Shown here one piece after another: positions 56,584-64,000 of a stretch of DNA of 64,000 nucleotides (within the stretch, counting starts at the first letter, position 1; each line of letters starts with the position of its first letter). The notes under the pieces were generated by a model, which was not told the origin of the DNA, did no database searches, and saw nothing but the letters and a program-made list of their open reading frames with translations. This DNA comes from Candidatus Binatus soli (GTDB lineage: Bacteria; Desulfobacterota; Binatia; Binatales; Binataceae). A program made the position numbers and the translations under genes. The stretch covers positions 30,908 through 94,907 of the forward strand of contig DLMJ01000032.1 of assembly GCA_002479255.1 (NCBI GenBank), written 5' to 3'.

Positions 56584-56693
56584 ATGCGCCGGTTCTGCCC
56601 GCGACCCTCAGCAGTGTCGCTCGCAAACGCGAGGTCAAGCAAGCCCAAGCGCGAAAGGACCGCGGCGTCGCGAGGCCGCGGTCCTCGTGAGAA

Positions 56694-57062
56694 TCAGCCC
56701 TTGGGCGCAGGCGGCTGAGCCTCGGGGCCCGGACCATTCCATTGGCGATAGCGCCAACCCTCCGGAGGCCCGTAGTAGCCGCCGCCGGGACCATAACCCG
56801 AGTAAGGCGGCGGAGGTGGGCCATAGGGCATCACGCGCGGCCCTTCGCAGTCTCGCGTTCCCATCATCGGCGGCGGGTGGTGATGCCGGTGATGGCCGGC
56901 TATCAAGATCGACAGCGCCACCAGGACGAGCGCCGCAATCAAGCCGCCTCGCCACCATCGATTTTCCCGCTGCGCCACGAACTCGAGGCTTTCGATGCGT
57001 CGCTCGAGCCGGCCCAGCGCGTCGTCATTCTGACTCGGGGTACTGGTTGATTCTTCGGGCAC
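56694..57062 (-). CDS. Small single-pass membrane protein with a His/Pro/Gly/Tyr-rich C-terminal region
   Basis: 122 aa with a coiled N-terminus, the TM helix GGLIAALVLVALSILIAG, then HHRHHHPPP...GYGPGGGYYGPPEGW. Confidence 0.5.
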   Translation of the reverse strand: MPEESTSTPSQNDDALGRLERRIESLEFVAQRENRWWRGGLIAALVLVALSILIAGHHRHHHPPPMMGTRDCEGPRVMPYGPPPPPYSGYGPGGGYYGPPEGWRYRQWNGPGPEAQPPAPKG

Positions 57063-57163
57063 GTACTTCTTGCTCCTTGTCGAACAATAATGATAAACGC
57101 GAGTCGCTCTCTATGTAAGACGCCAGCAGTTCACCGCGGTTTCGCGCCACCTCGCTCGCAGCG

Positions 57164-57215
57164 ACCCGGCTCCCTCCGTCATCCCGACCGAAGCGGAGGG
57201 ACCCCGGGTCTTTTT
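57164..57215 (+). terminator. Strong intrinsic-terminator-like hairpin with no upstream plus-strand gene
   Basis: GACCCGGCTCCCTCCG, a 15-nt loop, CGGAGGGACCCCGGGTC (about 15 bp with one bulge), then TTTTT. Confidence 0.5.
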
Positions 57216-57515
57216 CCGTCTCACTCCGAACTAAGTTCGCCTCCGTCAGCGCCACGCGGCGCGCACCGCTTGGTCCGCGAGGCGCATCGGCGTAATCTCT
57301 CTCCCTTGGCGGAGGCCCTCAGCTCATATGGATAAATCACACGATTCCTCGTCTTGGCGTCGTGGGTTCGAATCGTGCTCCGAGTCCCCGAGCTCCGACG
57401 ACACTGGCTGAGCTCCCGCATTTCCGGTAGTACCTGTGAACGATCCGGAATCTCATGGAGTATGAAATCGGCGGTCGAGTCAGAATTTTTCCATGGCTGA
57501 GCAGTTTAAGACGAA

Positions 57516-58424
57516 ATGCAAAAAGCGTCGATTCTAGCGAAGTTATTTTCTGCAATTGGTTCCAACGATTTGCCCGCTGCCCACTCGATAGCGCTCGAGA
57601 TGGCGCGCGCCGAGGCTAACAACGGGCACCACGCTGTTGCCAAACTGCTGCAAGGCTCTCTACAACCCAACGGCAACGGCGGCCGGATTTGGCATACGCA
57701 GTCGGGCGAAACCATGCAGGTTGGTGGCATCATCAATGCTTTGATCGCAGTAACCAATTTGGAACCAATCGAGCGAGTGGTGCTCACCACCCATGCGCGT
57801 CGCGAACTTGATGATGTGGTGCGCGAATGGAAGGCTCGCAAAGCGCTGGAAAGGAAGGGTATTCGACGGCGAAACAAGCTCCTGTTTTACGGTCCGCCGG
57901 GCTGCGGAAAAAGTCTAACGGCGAGAGCGCTCGGTCGGGAACTCGCGCTCCCTGTTTACACGCTGCGGTTTGATGCAATCGTCGGCGCGTTTCTGGGGCA
58001 GACAGCACAGAGGCTGCGGCAGCTATTCGAGTTCGCATCGTTCACGGCATGTGTGCTCTTAATCGATGAAATCGACGCGCTCGGCAAACGTCGGGGTAAC
58101 CCCATGGACGTGGGAGAATTGGATCGAATAGTCATTTCGCTAATGCAAGAGTTGGAGCATTCAGAACCGAAAGGGCTCTTAGTTGCTGCGTCGAACTTGG
58201 CTGGAAGTCTCGACGAAGCGCTATGGCGCCGATTTGACTTGGTCGTCGAGTTTCCCAAACCAGGACGTACGCAGCTCACATCGTTCGCCTTGTCTCATGC
58301 TCGTGACCGAGGTGTTGCTCCATCGCCAACACTCCGTAGGGCTATAGCAGCGTCATCGACCTTTGCCGACGCTGTCAGGGCGATTGAAAACGAGCAGAGA
58401 ACCGTGGTTATTTCTGCGAGTTGA
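57516..58424 (+). CDS. ietA: AAA+ ATPase (classic AAA clade), IetA-like
   Basis: Walker A is LLFYGPPGCGKSLTARALG, Walker B is VLLIDEIDALG, and AASNLAGSLDEALWRRFD is the sensor/arginine-finger region. GC is lower. The stop lies 3 nt before the next gene's start. Confidence 0.8.
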   Translation: MQKASILAKLFSAIGSNDLPAAHSIALEMARAEANNGHHAVAKLLQGSLQPNGNGGRIWHTQSGETMQVGGIINALIAVTNLEPIERVVLTTHARRELDDVVREWKARKALERKGIRRRNKLLFYGPPGCGKSLTARALGRELALPVYTLRFDAIVGAFLGQTAQRLRQLFEFASFTACVLLIDEIDALGKRRGNPMDVGELDRIVISLMQELEHSEPKGLLVAASNLAGSLDEALWRRFDLVVEFPKPGRTQLTSFALSHARDRGVAPSPTLRRAIAASSTFADAVRAIENEQRTVVISAS

Positions 58425-58427
58425 AAC

Positions 58428-60812
58428 GTGCCTAAAGGTCAGGACGCACCCGCTCCGCGAACTTTCTTTCTCAACGAGCAGCATGAACTCGCCCATGGAG
58501 AAAGCGCTGGCGGCGGTGCCTTGCCGAAACTGGCATCCGTAGATTGGGGCGCAAAAGGCCGCCGAATCAACAAGTCCCTAAGCGAAGCGCGCCACGCGGT
58601 TGAGGCTTCACGTGACCCTTTGAAGCGCCGTCGCTACTTTTTGCTTGCAAAGCCCGTCGAGGCCGTCGCGAAGCTCAGCCAGAACAAGACGAAGGCCCCA
58701 GACGGAACGTACAGCGAACTGACGCACTATGGTGGTGAACACTCGTTAGTTTTTAGACGTCTCGGACTCGACCTCATTTCCGTCCATGACAATGGATCTG
58801 CCACCGTTCATGCGCCCACCGACCGTATGGAACGGCTACTTGCGACCACTCGATCGCTTGCCGATGAAGGGCTGCGAGAACAGGCGCGATGGGCGACAAT
58901 CGATGCGTTTTCTACCATACCGCCAGGTCTTCGAGTGGATGAGATCTGGTTGAAGAGCCTATCGCCTGCGCTACCGACAGACGTAGTAGTCGAGTTTCAG
59001 CCGATGCTCACCCGAACCGAGATTGAAGACGTTATGCGGGCATTGGCAAGCGTGCTTAGCCAAGCGAATCGGGAGGCGTTCACCGGGAGTGGAAACGATT
59101 TCTCAGGTCGTCACTGGCTGCGAGGCCAAGTCGCACGAAGGTCTCTGCAATCGATGGCAAGCGATTTTTTCTCTGTCCAATCGCTACACCCTCCACTCTC
59201 TACTCCGATCGCGGTTTCCTCGGGTCCTCGTTCGAGAACGAGAGGACAAACTGTTCAGAAAAAGAGTGGCGGTCAAGTTGACTCTAAACGAATGCCGTGT
59301 GTGGCTGTCGTCGACACTGGAGTGCCCACTGCTCATAAGATTTTGACGCCTTATCGCAGGCCTGGCGGATATCAGAGCCCGAATTCTCCCTCGCCGCATT
59401 TGGGCGATCACGGTTCTTTCGTGGCCTCACGAGTAGTTTTTGGCGACGTAGACTGCAGCGATGGTAACTTCCCAGATGATCAAGGAAACTGCGGCTTCTT
59501 AGACGTAATGGTGGCCGAAAGCGTTGATCGGATATTCGACAAAGATATCCTTCCTGCTCTTGAAGCCGTTATCGCCACGTCACCTGACGTCCGAGTATTC
59601 AATTTGAGTCTGGGCGATTTCACGCCCCTCCAGTCTTTCAACGACGTTGAACGCCGGGAGAAGCTTCTTCTCCTCCAAGACTTGGACAATTTCGTATTCG
59701 CGAGGGACGTGCTGGTAGTTGTGGCGGCGGGAAATACAAGACCAGGACTCATACCGTCGGTCCCATACCCAAACAATTATCAAGATCCGAACTGGGCTCT
59801 CGGTAGCTGGGCGACTGGATTCAATACTCTCACATGCGGTTCGACCGTTGAAAGGCTTTCTCCGGACGGCCTGGTCAAGGAGGTAGGATGGCCAAGCCCT
59901 TTTACGCGAGTCGGACCAGGAATATGTGACGCCCCGATACCTGGATTTTCGGCTCACGGCGGCAACACAACAGAGAGTTATCAAGCGAAGCCATTTCTTG
60001 GAGTCTGGGGCTGCACGGCGGATGCGCTATGGGAAGACAGATGCGGCACTTCACATGCTGCTCCGCTTGTTGCCCGTGAGGCCGCGTTCGCACTTCAAGA
60101 GCTACAAAACTTCTGTCCTTCGGGTGCTCGTCCCTTTGCAGCGACTGCGAAGGCATTTTTGGCACTAACAGCTGTCAAGAGATCGTATCCTCCTCAAGTG
60201 AAGCAGCTAGTAGAGCGCACGCTTGGGCGAGGAACGCCTAACGCGGCAAGATTGCAACGACCCACCACCCAGACCGCCGTGATGATCTGGCAGGGAGTTC
60301 TGAATAATGTCGGCGACATAGCTAGAGTTCAGGTGCCCATTCCGCGCGAGTGGCTCAAGACTGCAACCGCTCCGCGCCTGAGGGTTTTGTGCGCTTGGGA
60401 TTCACCGGTCCACGAAGCCGTTCACGACCTTTGGGCCTGCAGACAGGTTACAATTCATCTAAAGCCTACTGCAGCCTCTAAAGCCATTCGTGGTTCACAA
60501 TCTCATCACCGCAGCTACCCAATGATTGACCGGACGTACGATCTCGATCTGAAACGATTTACCGAAAGGGGAATTAGTTTTGATAGCGATACCGCCATTC
60601 TCGAATTGTCGTATTCTCAAACGGCAGACTATCATCCAGCCATTTCATTCAGTCCCCAACAGAAGATCGGCCTGAGCCTTGAACTCTTTGATGAGTTCGA
60701 ATCACCATCGAGTCCTCAAGCCTATGTGCAAGCATTGCCAATGGCGAAGACAATGACCAGACTCAGTATCCAGTCCGTTCCACTTGCTACTCCGGTACTG
60801 ATTCGGCAGTGA
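58428..60812 (+). CDS. ietS: S8 (subtilisin-like) serine peptidase with a large N-terminal unknown domain, IetS-like
   Basis: Catalytic triad motifs in D-H-S order: VAVVDTGV (Asp296), GDHGSFVAS (His328) and GTSHAAPLVA (Ser542). No signal peptide. GTG start coupled to the AAA gene. Confidence 0.8.
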   Translation: MPKGQDAPAPRTFFLNEQHELAHGESAGGGALPKLASVDWGAKGRRINKSLSEARHAVEASRDPLKRRRYFLLAKPVEAVAKLSQNKTKAPDGTYSELTHYGGEHSLVFRRLGLDLISVHDNGSATVHAPTDRMERLLATTRSLADEGLREQARWATIDAFSTIPPGLRVDEIWLKSLSPALPTDVVVEFQPMLTRTEIEDVMRALASVLSQANREAFTGSGNDFSGRHWLRGQVARRSLQSMASDFFSVQSLHPPLSTPIAVSSGPRSRTRGQTVQKKSGGQVDSKRMPCVAVVDTGVPTAHKILTPYRRPGGYQSPNSPSPHLGDHGSFVASRVVFGDVDCSDGNFPDDQGNCGFLDVMVAESVDRIFDKDILPALEAVIATSPDVRVFNLSLGDFTPLQSFNDVERREKLLLLQDLDNFVFARDVLVVVAAGNTRPGLIPSVPYPNNYQDPNWALGSWATGFNTLTCGSTVERLSPDGLVKEVGWPSPFTRVGPGICDAPIPGFSAHGGNTTESYQAKPFLGVWGCTADALWEDRCGTSHAAPLVAREAAFALQELQNFCPSGARPFAATAKAFLALTAVKRSYPPQVKQLVERTLGRGTPNAARLQRPTTQTAVMIWQGVLNNVGDIARVQVPIPREWLKTATAPRLRVLCAWDSPVHEAVHDLWACRQVTIHLKPTAASKAIRGSQSHHRSYPMIDRTYDLDLKRFTERGISFDSDTAILELSYSQTADYHPAISFSPQQKIGLSLELFDEFESPSSPQAYVQALPMAKTMTRLSIQSVPLATPVLIRQ

Positions 60813-60860
60813 ATCGTTCTCTACGAATCGTTTCTCGAAATGAACGACAAATGACGGTGA

Positions 60861-61988
60861 TTACCGCAATGCCGGCTCGACCAAATTGCACGAGTAGGTC
60901 TTGATCACCAGCCAGACCTCCTTCCCATCTTCGATTCCCAACGCATCGATCGCCCCCGGCGTCAGATGAACCTCGAACGTCGCGCCTCCCGCATCGACCA
61001 TCACGATCACCGTCACGCCTTGACGGCGCATCGATTCGACTCGTCCCGGAAAAGCGTTGCGCGCACTTAGACCGTGCGGATGCTCGCCCGCTACGATGAT
61101 ATCGCCGGCGCGAATCGCGATTCGCACCCGCGCTCCCGCTTCCGCGCGGCCGAGCGGCACTTCCAGTCGAGTCGCGCTCCCGTCCAACTGACACAGCATC
61201 GTGCCCTGAGTCTCCGCGATCGATCTCACCGTCGCGTCGAAAACATTTTCGAAGCCGACTACCTGCGCGATCGTTTCATGGCGCGGCGTCGTGAGCACGT
61301 CTTGCGGCATCCCCTGGGCGAGGATGCGCCCCGCTTCGAGCACTAACACCCGCTCGCCGAGCGCGAATGCCTCCTCGGGCGAATGCGTGACGTACAGGAT
61401 TGGAATTTCGCGGGCCGCATTCCAGGCGCGCAGGTCATCGAGAATCTTCGACCGGGTCGCGTTGTCCAGCGCGACCAGCGGCTCGTCGAGCAGGATCGCC
61501 GCCGGATTCGTCACGAGCGATCGCGCCAGCGCCACGCGTTGGCGCTCGCCGCCGGAAATCTCGCCGGGCTTGCGCGCGATCAGATGCGCGATTCGAAACG
61601 ACTCGAGCATCGTCATCATTCGCGCGTGGCGCTCCGCGGCCGGCGCCTTCGCGATCCCGTATTGGACGTTTTGCGCGACCGTCAGATGGGGAAACAGCGC
61701 GAGATTTTGAAACACGTATCCCAATCGACGCTCCGCCACCGGCATGTCGATGCGCGCAGCCGAATCGAAGAGCACTCGCGCACCGAGAGATATCCGCCCG
61801 GCATCCGGCCGCGCCAACCCCGCAATGCAATTCAGGATGGTCGTCTTTCCGCCGCCCGACGGCCCAAGGATCATCGTGAAGCCGGCCGACGCCTCGAACT
61901 CGGCCTCGAGCGCGAAGCTGTTCGAGAGCCGATACGCGATGCGGACCGACAGACGCCCGTCGCGTATCGCACTGTTGCCCGATGCCAT
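60861..61988 (-). CDS. modC: Molybdate ABC transporter ATP-binding protein with a C-terminal TOBE/Mop domain
   Basis: ILGPSGGGKTT (Walker A), ISGGERQRVALAR (signature), ILLDEP (Walker B) and a C-terminal TOBE-like beta region. The ATG at 61988 is chosen; the 605-aa ORF extension overlaps modB out of frame. Confidence 0.85.
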   Translation of the reverse strand: MASGNSAIRDGRLSVRIAYRLSNSFALEAEFEASAGFTMILGPSGGGKTTILNCIAGLARPDAGRISLGARVLFDSAARIDMPVAERRLGYVFQNLALFPHLTVAQNVQYGIAKAPAAERHARMMTMLESFRIAHLIARKPGEISGGERQRVALARSLVTNPAAILLDEPLVALDNATRSKILDDLRAWNAAREIPILYVTHSPEEAFALGERVLVLEAGRILAQGMPQDVLTTPRHETIAQVVGFENVFDATVRSIAETQGTMLCQLDGSATRLEVPLGRAEAGARVRIAIRAGDIIVAGEHPHGLSARNAFPGRVESMRRQGVTVIVMVDAGGATFEVHLTPGAIDALGIEDGKEVWLVIKTYSCNLVEPALR

Positions 61989-62005
61989 CGTTTCGCCACC
62001 GCCCG

Positions 62006-62683
62006 CTAGCGATGCATCGGCCAGACCGCCCAGATTCGGCGGTTGAGCGAATACGTGATCGACAGCGTGACGAACGAAAACGCCATCAGGATAAGCGCCA
62101 TGTGATTGGCGCCGGCGTAGTCGAGCGCCTGCACATGATCGTAAATCGCGATCGAAACCGTGCGCGTCACGCCCGGGATGTTGCCGCCCACCATCAGCAC
62201 CACGCCGAACTCGCCGAGCGTGTGCGCGAAGCTCAGCACGAAGCCGGTGACCACCCCGCCGATCGAAAGCGGGAGCACGACGCGAAGGAAAGTGCGAATC
62301 CGCGAGGCGCCGAGTATCGACGACGCGCTGATCAAGTTGCGATCCACCTGTGAGAACGCCGCCGCCATCGGCTGGACCGCAAAGGGCAGGCTGTAGATGA
62401 CCGACGCGATCGCCAGACCTTCGAATGTGAACGGCAATCCGTGCCCCGTTAAAGATTGATACCAGCGGCCGATCGGACTGTTCGAACCCATCGCGACCAG
62501 CACATAAAAACCGAGCACGGTCGGCGGAAGCACCAGAGGCAGCGCGACGATGGATTCGACGAAAAATTTCCATCGCCAGCGCGTGAAGCTGAGCCACAAC
62601 GCGATGGGCGTCCCGACCACCAGCAAAATTGCGCAAACGACCAGCGCGAGCCGCAGGCTGAGGAAAATCGCGCTCCAATCCAT
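62006..62683 (-). CDS. modB: Molybdate ABC transporter permease
   Basis: 225 aa, 5-6 TM helices, an EAA-loop-like ASSILGASRIRTFLRVVLP and LPPTVLGFY. Confidence 0.85.
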   Translation of the reverse strand: MDWSAIFLSLRLALVVCAILLVVGTPIALWLSFTRWRWKFFVESIVALPLVLPPTVLGFYVLVAMGSNSPIGRWYQSLTGHGLPFTFEGLAIASVIYSLPFAVQPMAAAFSQVDRNLISASSILGASRIRTFLRVVLPLSIGGVVTGFVLSFAHTLGEFGVVLMVGGNIPGVTRTVSIAIYDHVQALDYAGANHMALILMAFSFVTLSITYSLNRRIWAVWPMHR

Positions 62684-62689
62684 CGGAGG

Positions 62690-63595
62690 TCAGCGCGGCG
62701 CGGCCACTTTGCTTTCGTTGTGCCCCACGGCTACGTCCTTCGGAACCGAGAAACCATATCGCTCCATCAGAGCTACCGTCCCGGGCTCCTTGAGGAATTT
62801 CAGAAACTGGGCTGCCAGTTCCTTGTTGCGCGATGATTTCAGAATCACGCCGGCTTGGATGATCGGCGGATAGTCCGTCGCCCGGATTTCGACGTATCGT
62901 CCGGCGTTCTTCATCGCCGGCGCGAGCGCGAGCGAGAGCGCGAGGATGCCGACGTCGGCGTTGCCGGATTGAACAAACTGGGCGGTCTGCGAGATATTTT
63001 CGCCGAGCACGAGCTTGCTTTTGATCTTGTCATAGACCGCCGCGTGGCGCATCGCCGCAACCGCCGCGATCCCGTACGGCGCATGCTGCGGGTTGGCGAT
63101 CGCGATCTTTCGGATGCCCGGATCGAGGATCGCCGCAAGACCGCGGCTTAAATCGAGCTTCGACGCGTTGGGAACCCACATCACGATTTTTCCGCTCGCA
63201 TATTCGTAGATAGTGCCGGGTTCAGCCAGGCCCGCCGCTTCGAGCTTTTCCGGATAGCCAACGTCGGCGGAAAAGAACAGATCAAACGGCGCGCCATTTT
63301 GAATCTGGGCGAAAAAATTCCCGGATGAACCATAGGTGAGCTCAATCTTGCTCCCGGTTTGCTTCTCAAATTGGGAGGCAACGTCCTTGAACGCGAACGT
63401 CAGGTCCGACGCCGCGGCGACTTTGATTTCCGCGGCGCCCGCCCCGGCAGGGAGCCGCATACAAAGAATAGTTGCGAGAGCGAAAAGCGCCCGCAAAACG
63501 ACTTTCGCGTGCTTGCCATCAAGGATTAGATTCACGAATCGCCTCCAGTTTCCCGATTTCCCAGGCATGCTGTTCGCCATAATACTTGTCATCAC
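62690..63595 (-). CDS. modA: Molybdate ABC transporter periplasmic binding protein
   Basis: IKVAAASDLTFAF...TYGSSGNFFAQIQNGAPFDLFFSAD is canonical ModA. The start is uncertain because the N-terminus looks over-extended. Confidence 0.85.
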   Translation of the reverse strand: MMTSIMANSMPGKSGNWRRFVNLILDGKHAKVVLRALFALATILCMRLPAGAGAAEIKVAAASDLTFAFKDVASQFEKQTGSKIELTYGSSGNFFAQIQNGAPFDLFFSADVGYPEKLEAAGLAEPGTIYEYASGKIVMWVPNASKLDLSRGLAAILDPGIRKIAIANPQHAPYGIAAVAAMRHAAVYDKIKSKLVLGENISQTAQFVQSGNADVGILALSLALAPAMKNAGRYVEIRATDYPPIIQAGVILKSSRNKELAAQFLKFLKEPGTVALMERYGFSVPKDVAVGHNESKVAAPR

Positions 63596-63710
63596 CGCTT
63601 GAATAATGGCACACCTCCGGACGGTCGCACAGTGGCGGCGGCGGTTTCACCGGGGCCGGGCGAGCATTGATTCGTGCTGGTTCTCATCGTTAAGTAGGGA
63701 AAGGACACAA

Positions 63711-64000
63711 ATGGACAAGATGAACAAAATTGCGACATTTGGCGCCGGATGCTTCTGGGGCGTGGAATCGGCTTTTCGCGCGGTCAAGGGCGTCGTCGAT
63801 GCGGTCGTAGGATACGCGGGCGGCACCGTTCCAAAGCCCGACTATCGAGCGGTTTGCACCGGCAAGACGGGACACGCCGAAGTCGTGCAGGTGGAGTACG
63901 ACCCGGCGCGGGTATCGTACGAGCAACTGTTGGAAGTTTTCTGGCAGATTCACGACCCCAGCACGCTCAACCGGCAAGGACCCGACGTCGGCACTCAATA
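63711..64000 (+). CDS. msrA: Peptide-methionine (S)-S-oxide reductase MsrA; 3' end runs off the window
   Basis: Not in the ORF track because it has no stop. The ATG at 63711 follows AGGGAAAGGA and encodes [22 protein letters not shown]...GYAGG...[13 protein letters not shown] (GCFWG active site). Confidence 0.9.
   Translation, partial: MDKMNKIATFGAGCFWGVESAFRAVKGVVDAVVGYAGGTVPKPDYRAVCTGKTGHAEVVQVEYDPARVSYEQLLEVFWQIHDPSTLNRQGPDVGTQ

Noticed and set aside
57308-57384. Calling this stretch a functional tRNA gene.
   Set aside because: The T-stem needs multiple G-U pairs or a mismatch, two of seven acceptor pairs fail, I could not form D or anticodon arms, and there is no CCA context. It is kept only as a possible tRNA relic in the findings.
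60861-62678. The 605-aa minus-strand ORF spanning modC and most of modB.
   Set aside because: Only the C-terminal 376 codons (from ATG 61988) look like ModC. The N-terminal part overlaps the genuine modB frame and is Arg-rich nonsense.
63596-63710. A possible Moco riboswitch or ModE operator in the modA-msrA divergent spacer.
   Set aside because: I could not recognise the conserved Moco RNA motif or a ModE-type inverted repeat by eye. A covariance-model search is needed before any claim.
1-64000. Search for CRISPR arrays, rRNA genes, and large tandem or inverted repeats.
   Set aside because: I saw no regularly spaced direct repeats, rRNA-like conserved blocks or long inverted repeats. The only repeats found are the 35-nt pair, the GT2 paralogs and the 15-bp palindromes reported above.

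Overview
High-GC bacterial chromosomal window (roughly 60-65% GC by eye), with several visibly lower-GC patches. All calls are manual motif and frame reading with no database search, and most start codons are provisional.

Layout:
(1) 1-3.4 kb: fixC (5'-partial) and fixX electron-transfer genes, then a small ORF and a large nitroreductase-fold protein.
(2) 3.4-8.9 kb: a decayed patch. It holds TetR-like and SDR gene fragments, a lower-GC CYTH-like gene, a GH127-type glycosidase, a frameshifted and truncated PLD/Nuc nuclease, a GNAT-like remnant and an orphan hairpin.
(3) 8.9-10 kb: a membrane-anchored MBL-fold hydrolase.
(4) 10.5-45.7 kb: a roughly 35 kb block of 29 genes, all on the minus strand and tightly coupled, for polysaccharide or glycoconjugate synthesis. 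It contains:
- a WecA/MraY-type initiating transferase fused to a WbpM/CapD-N-like domain;
- GDP-mannose 3,5-epimerase;
- 12 glycosyltransferases in total, including two GT-C/PMT-like membrane enzymes and a diverged GT2 duplicate pair;
- five methyltransferases;
- a CDP-6-deoxyhexose module (rfbF-rfbG-epimerase-reductase);
- Wzx, two Wzy_C-family proteins (one fused to TPR repeats), Wzc and Wza;
- two paralogous small secreted proteins at the operon head.
(5) 45.7-50.7 kb: a long ORF-free leader and a lower-GC insert bounded by an imperfect direct repeat. The insert carries a PAS protein, a tandem palindromic operator, a metzincin-motif protein and an IS110 transposase stub. An SDR, a crotonase and a second IS scar follow.
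(6) 50.7-53.3 kb: a tri-domain acyl-ligase / carrier / LPLAT acyltransferase fusion.
(7) 53.4-57.1 kb: a hypothetical protein, FtsH, a PEP-synthase fragment and a His/Pro/Gly-rich membrane protein.
(8) 57.1-60.8 kb: a lower-GC islet with a strong hairpin, a degenerate tRNA-like stretch and a coupled AAA+ ATPase / S8 subtilase pair (IetAS-like candidate defence system).
(9) 60.9-64 kb: modCBA and 5'-complete, 3'-partial msrA.

No rRNA, CRISPR array or convincing intact tRNA was seen.
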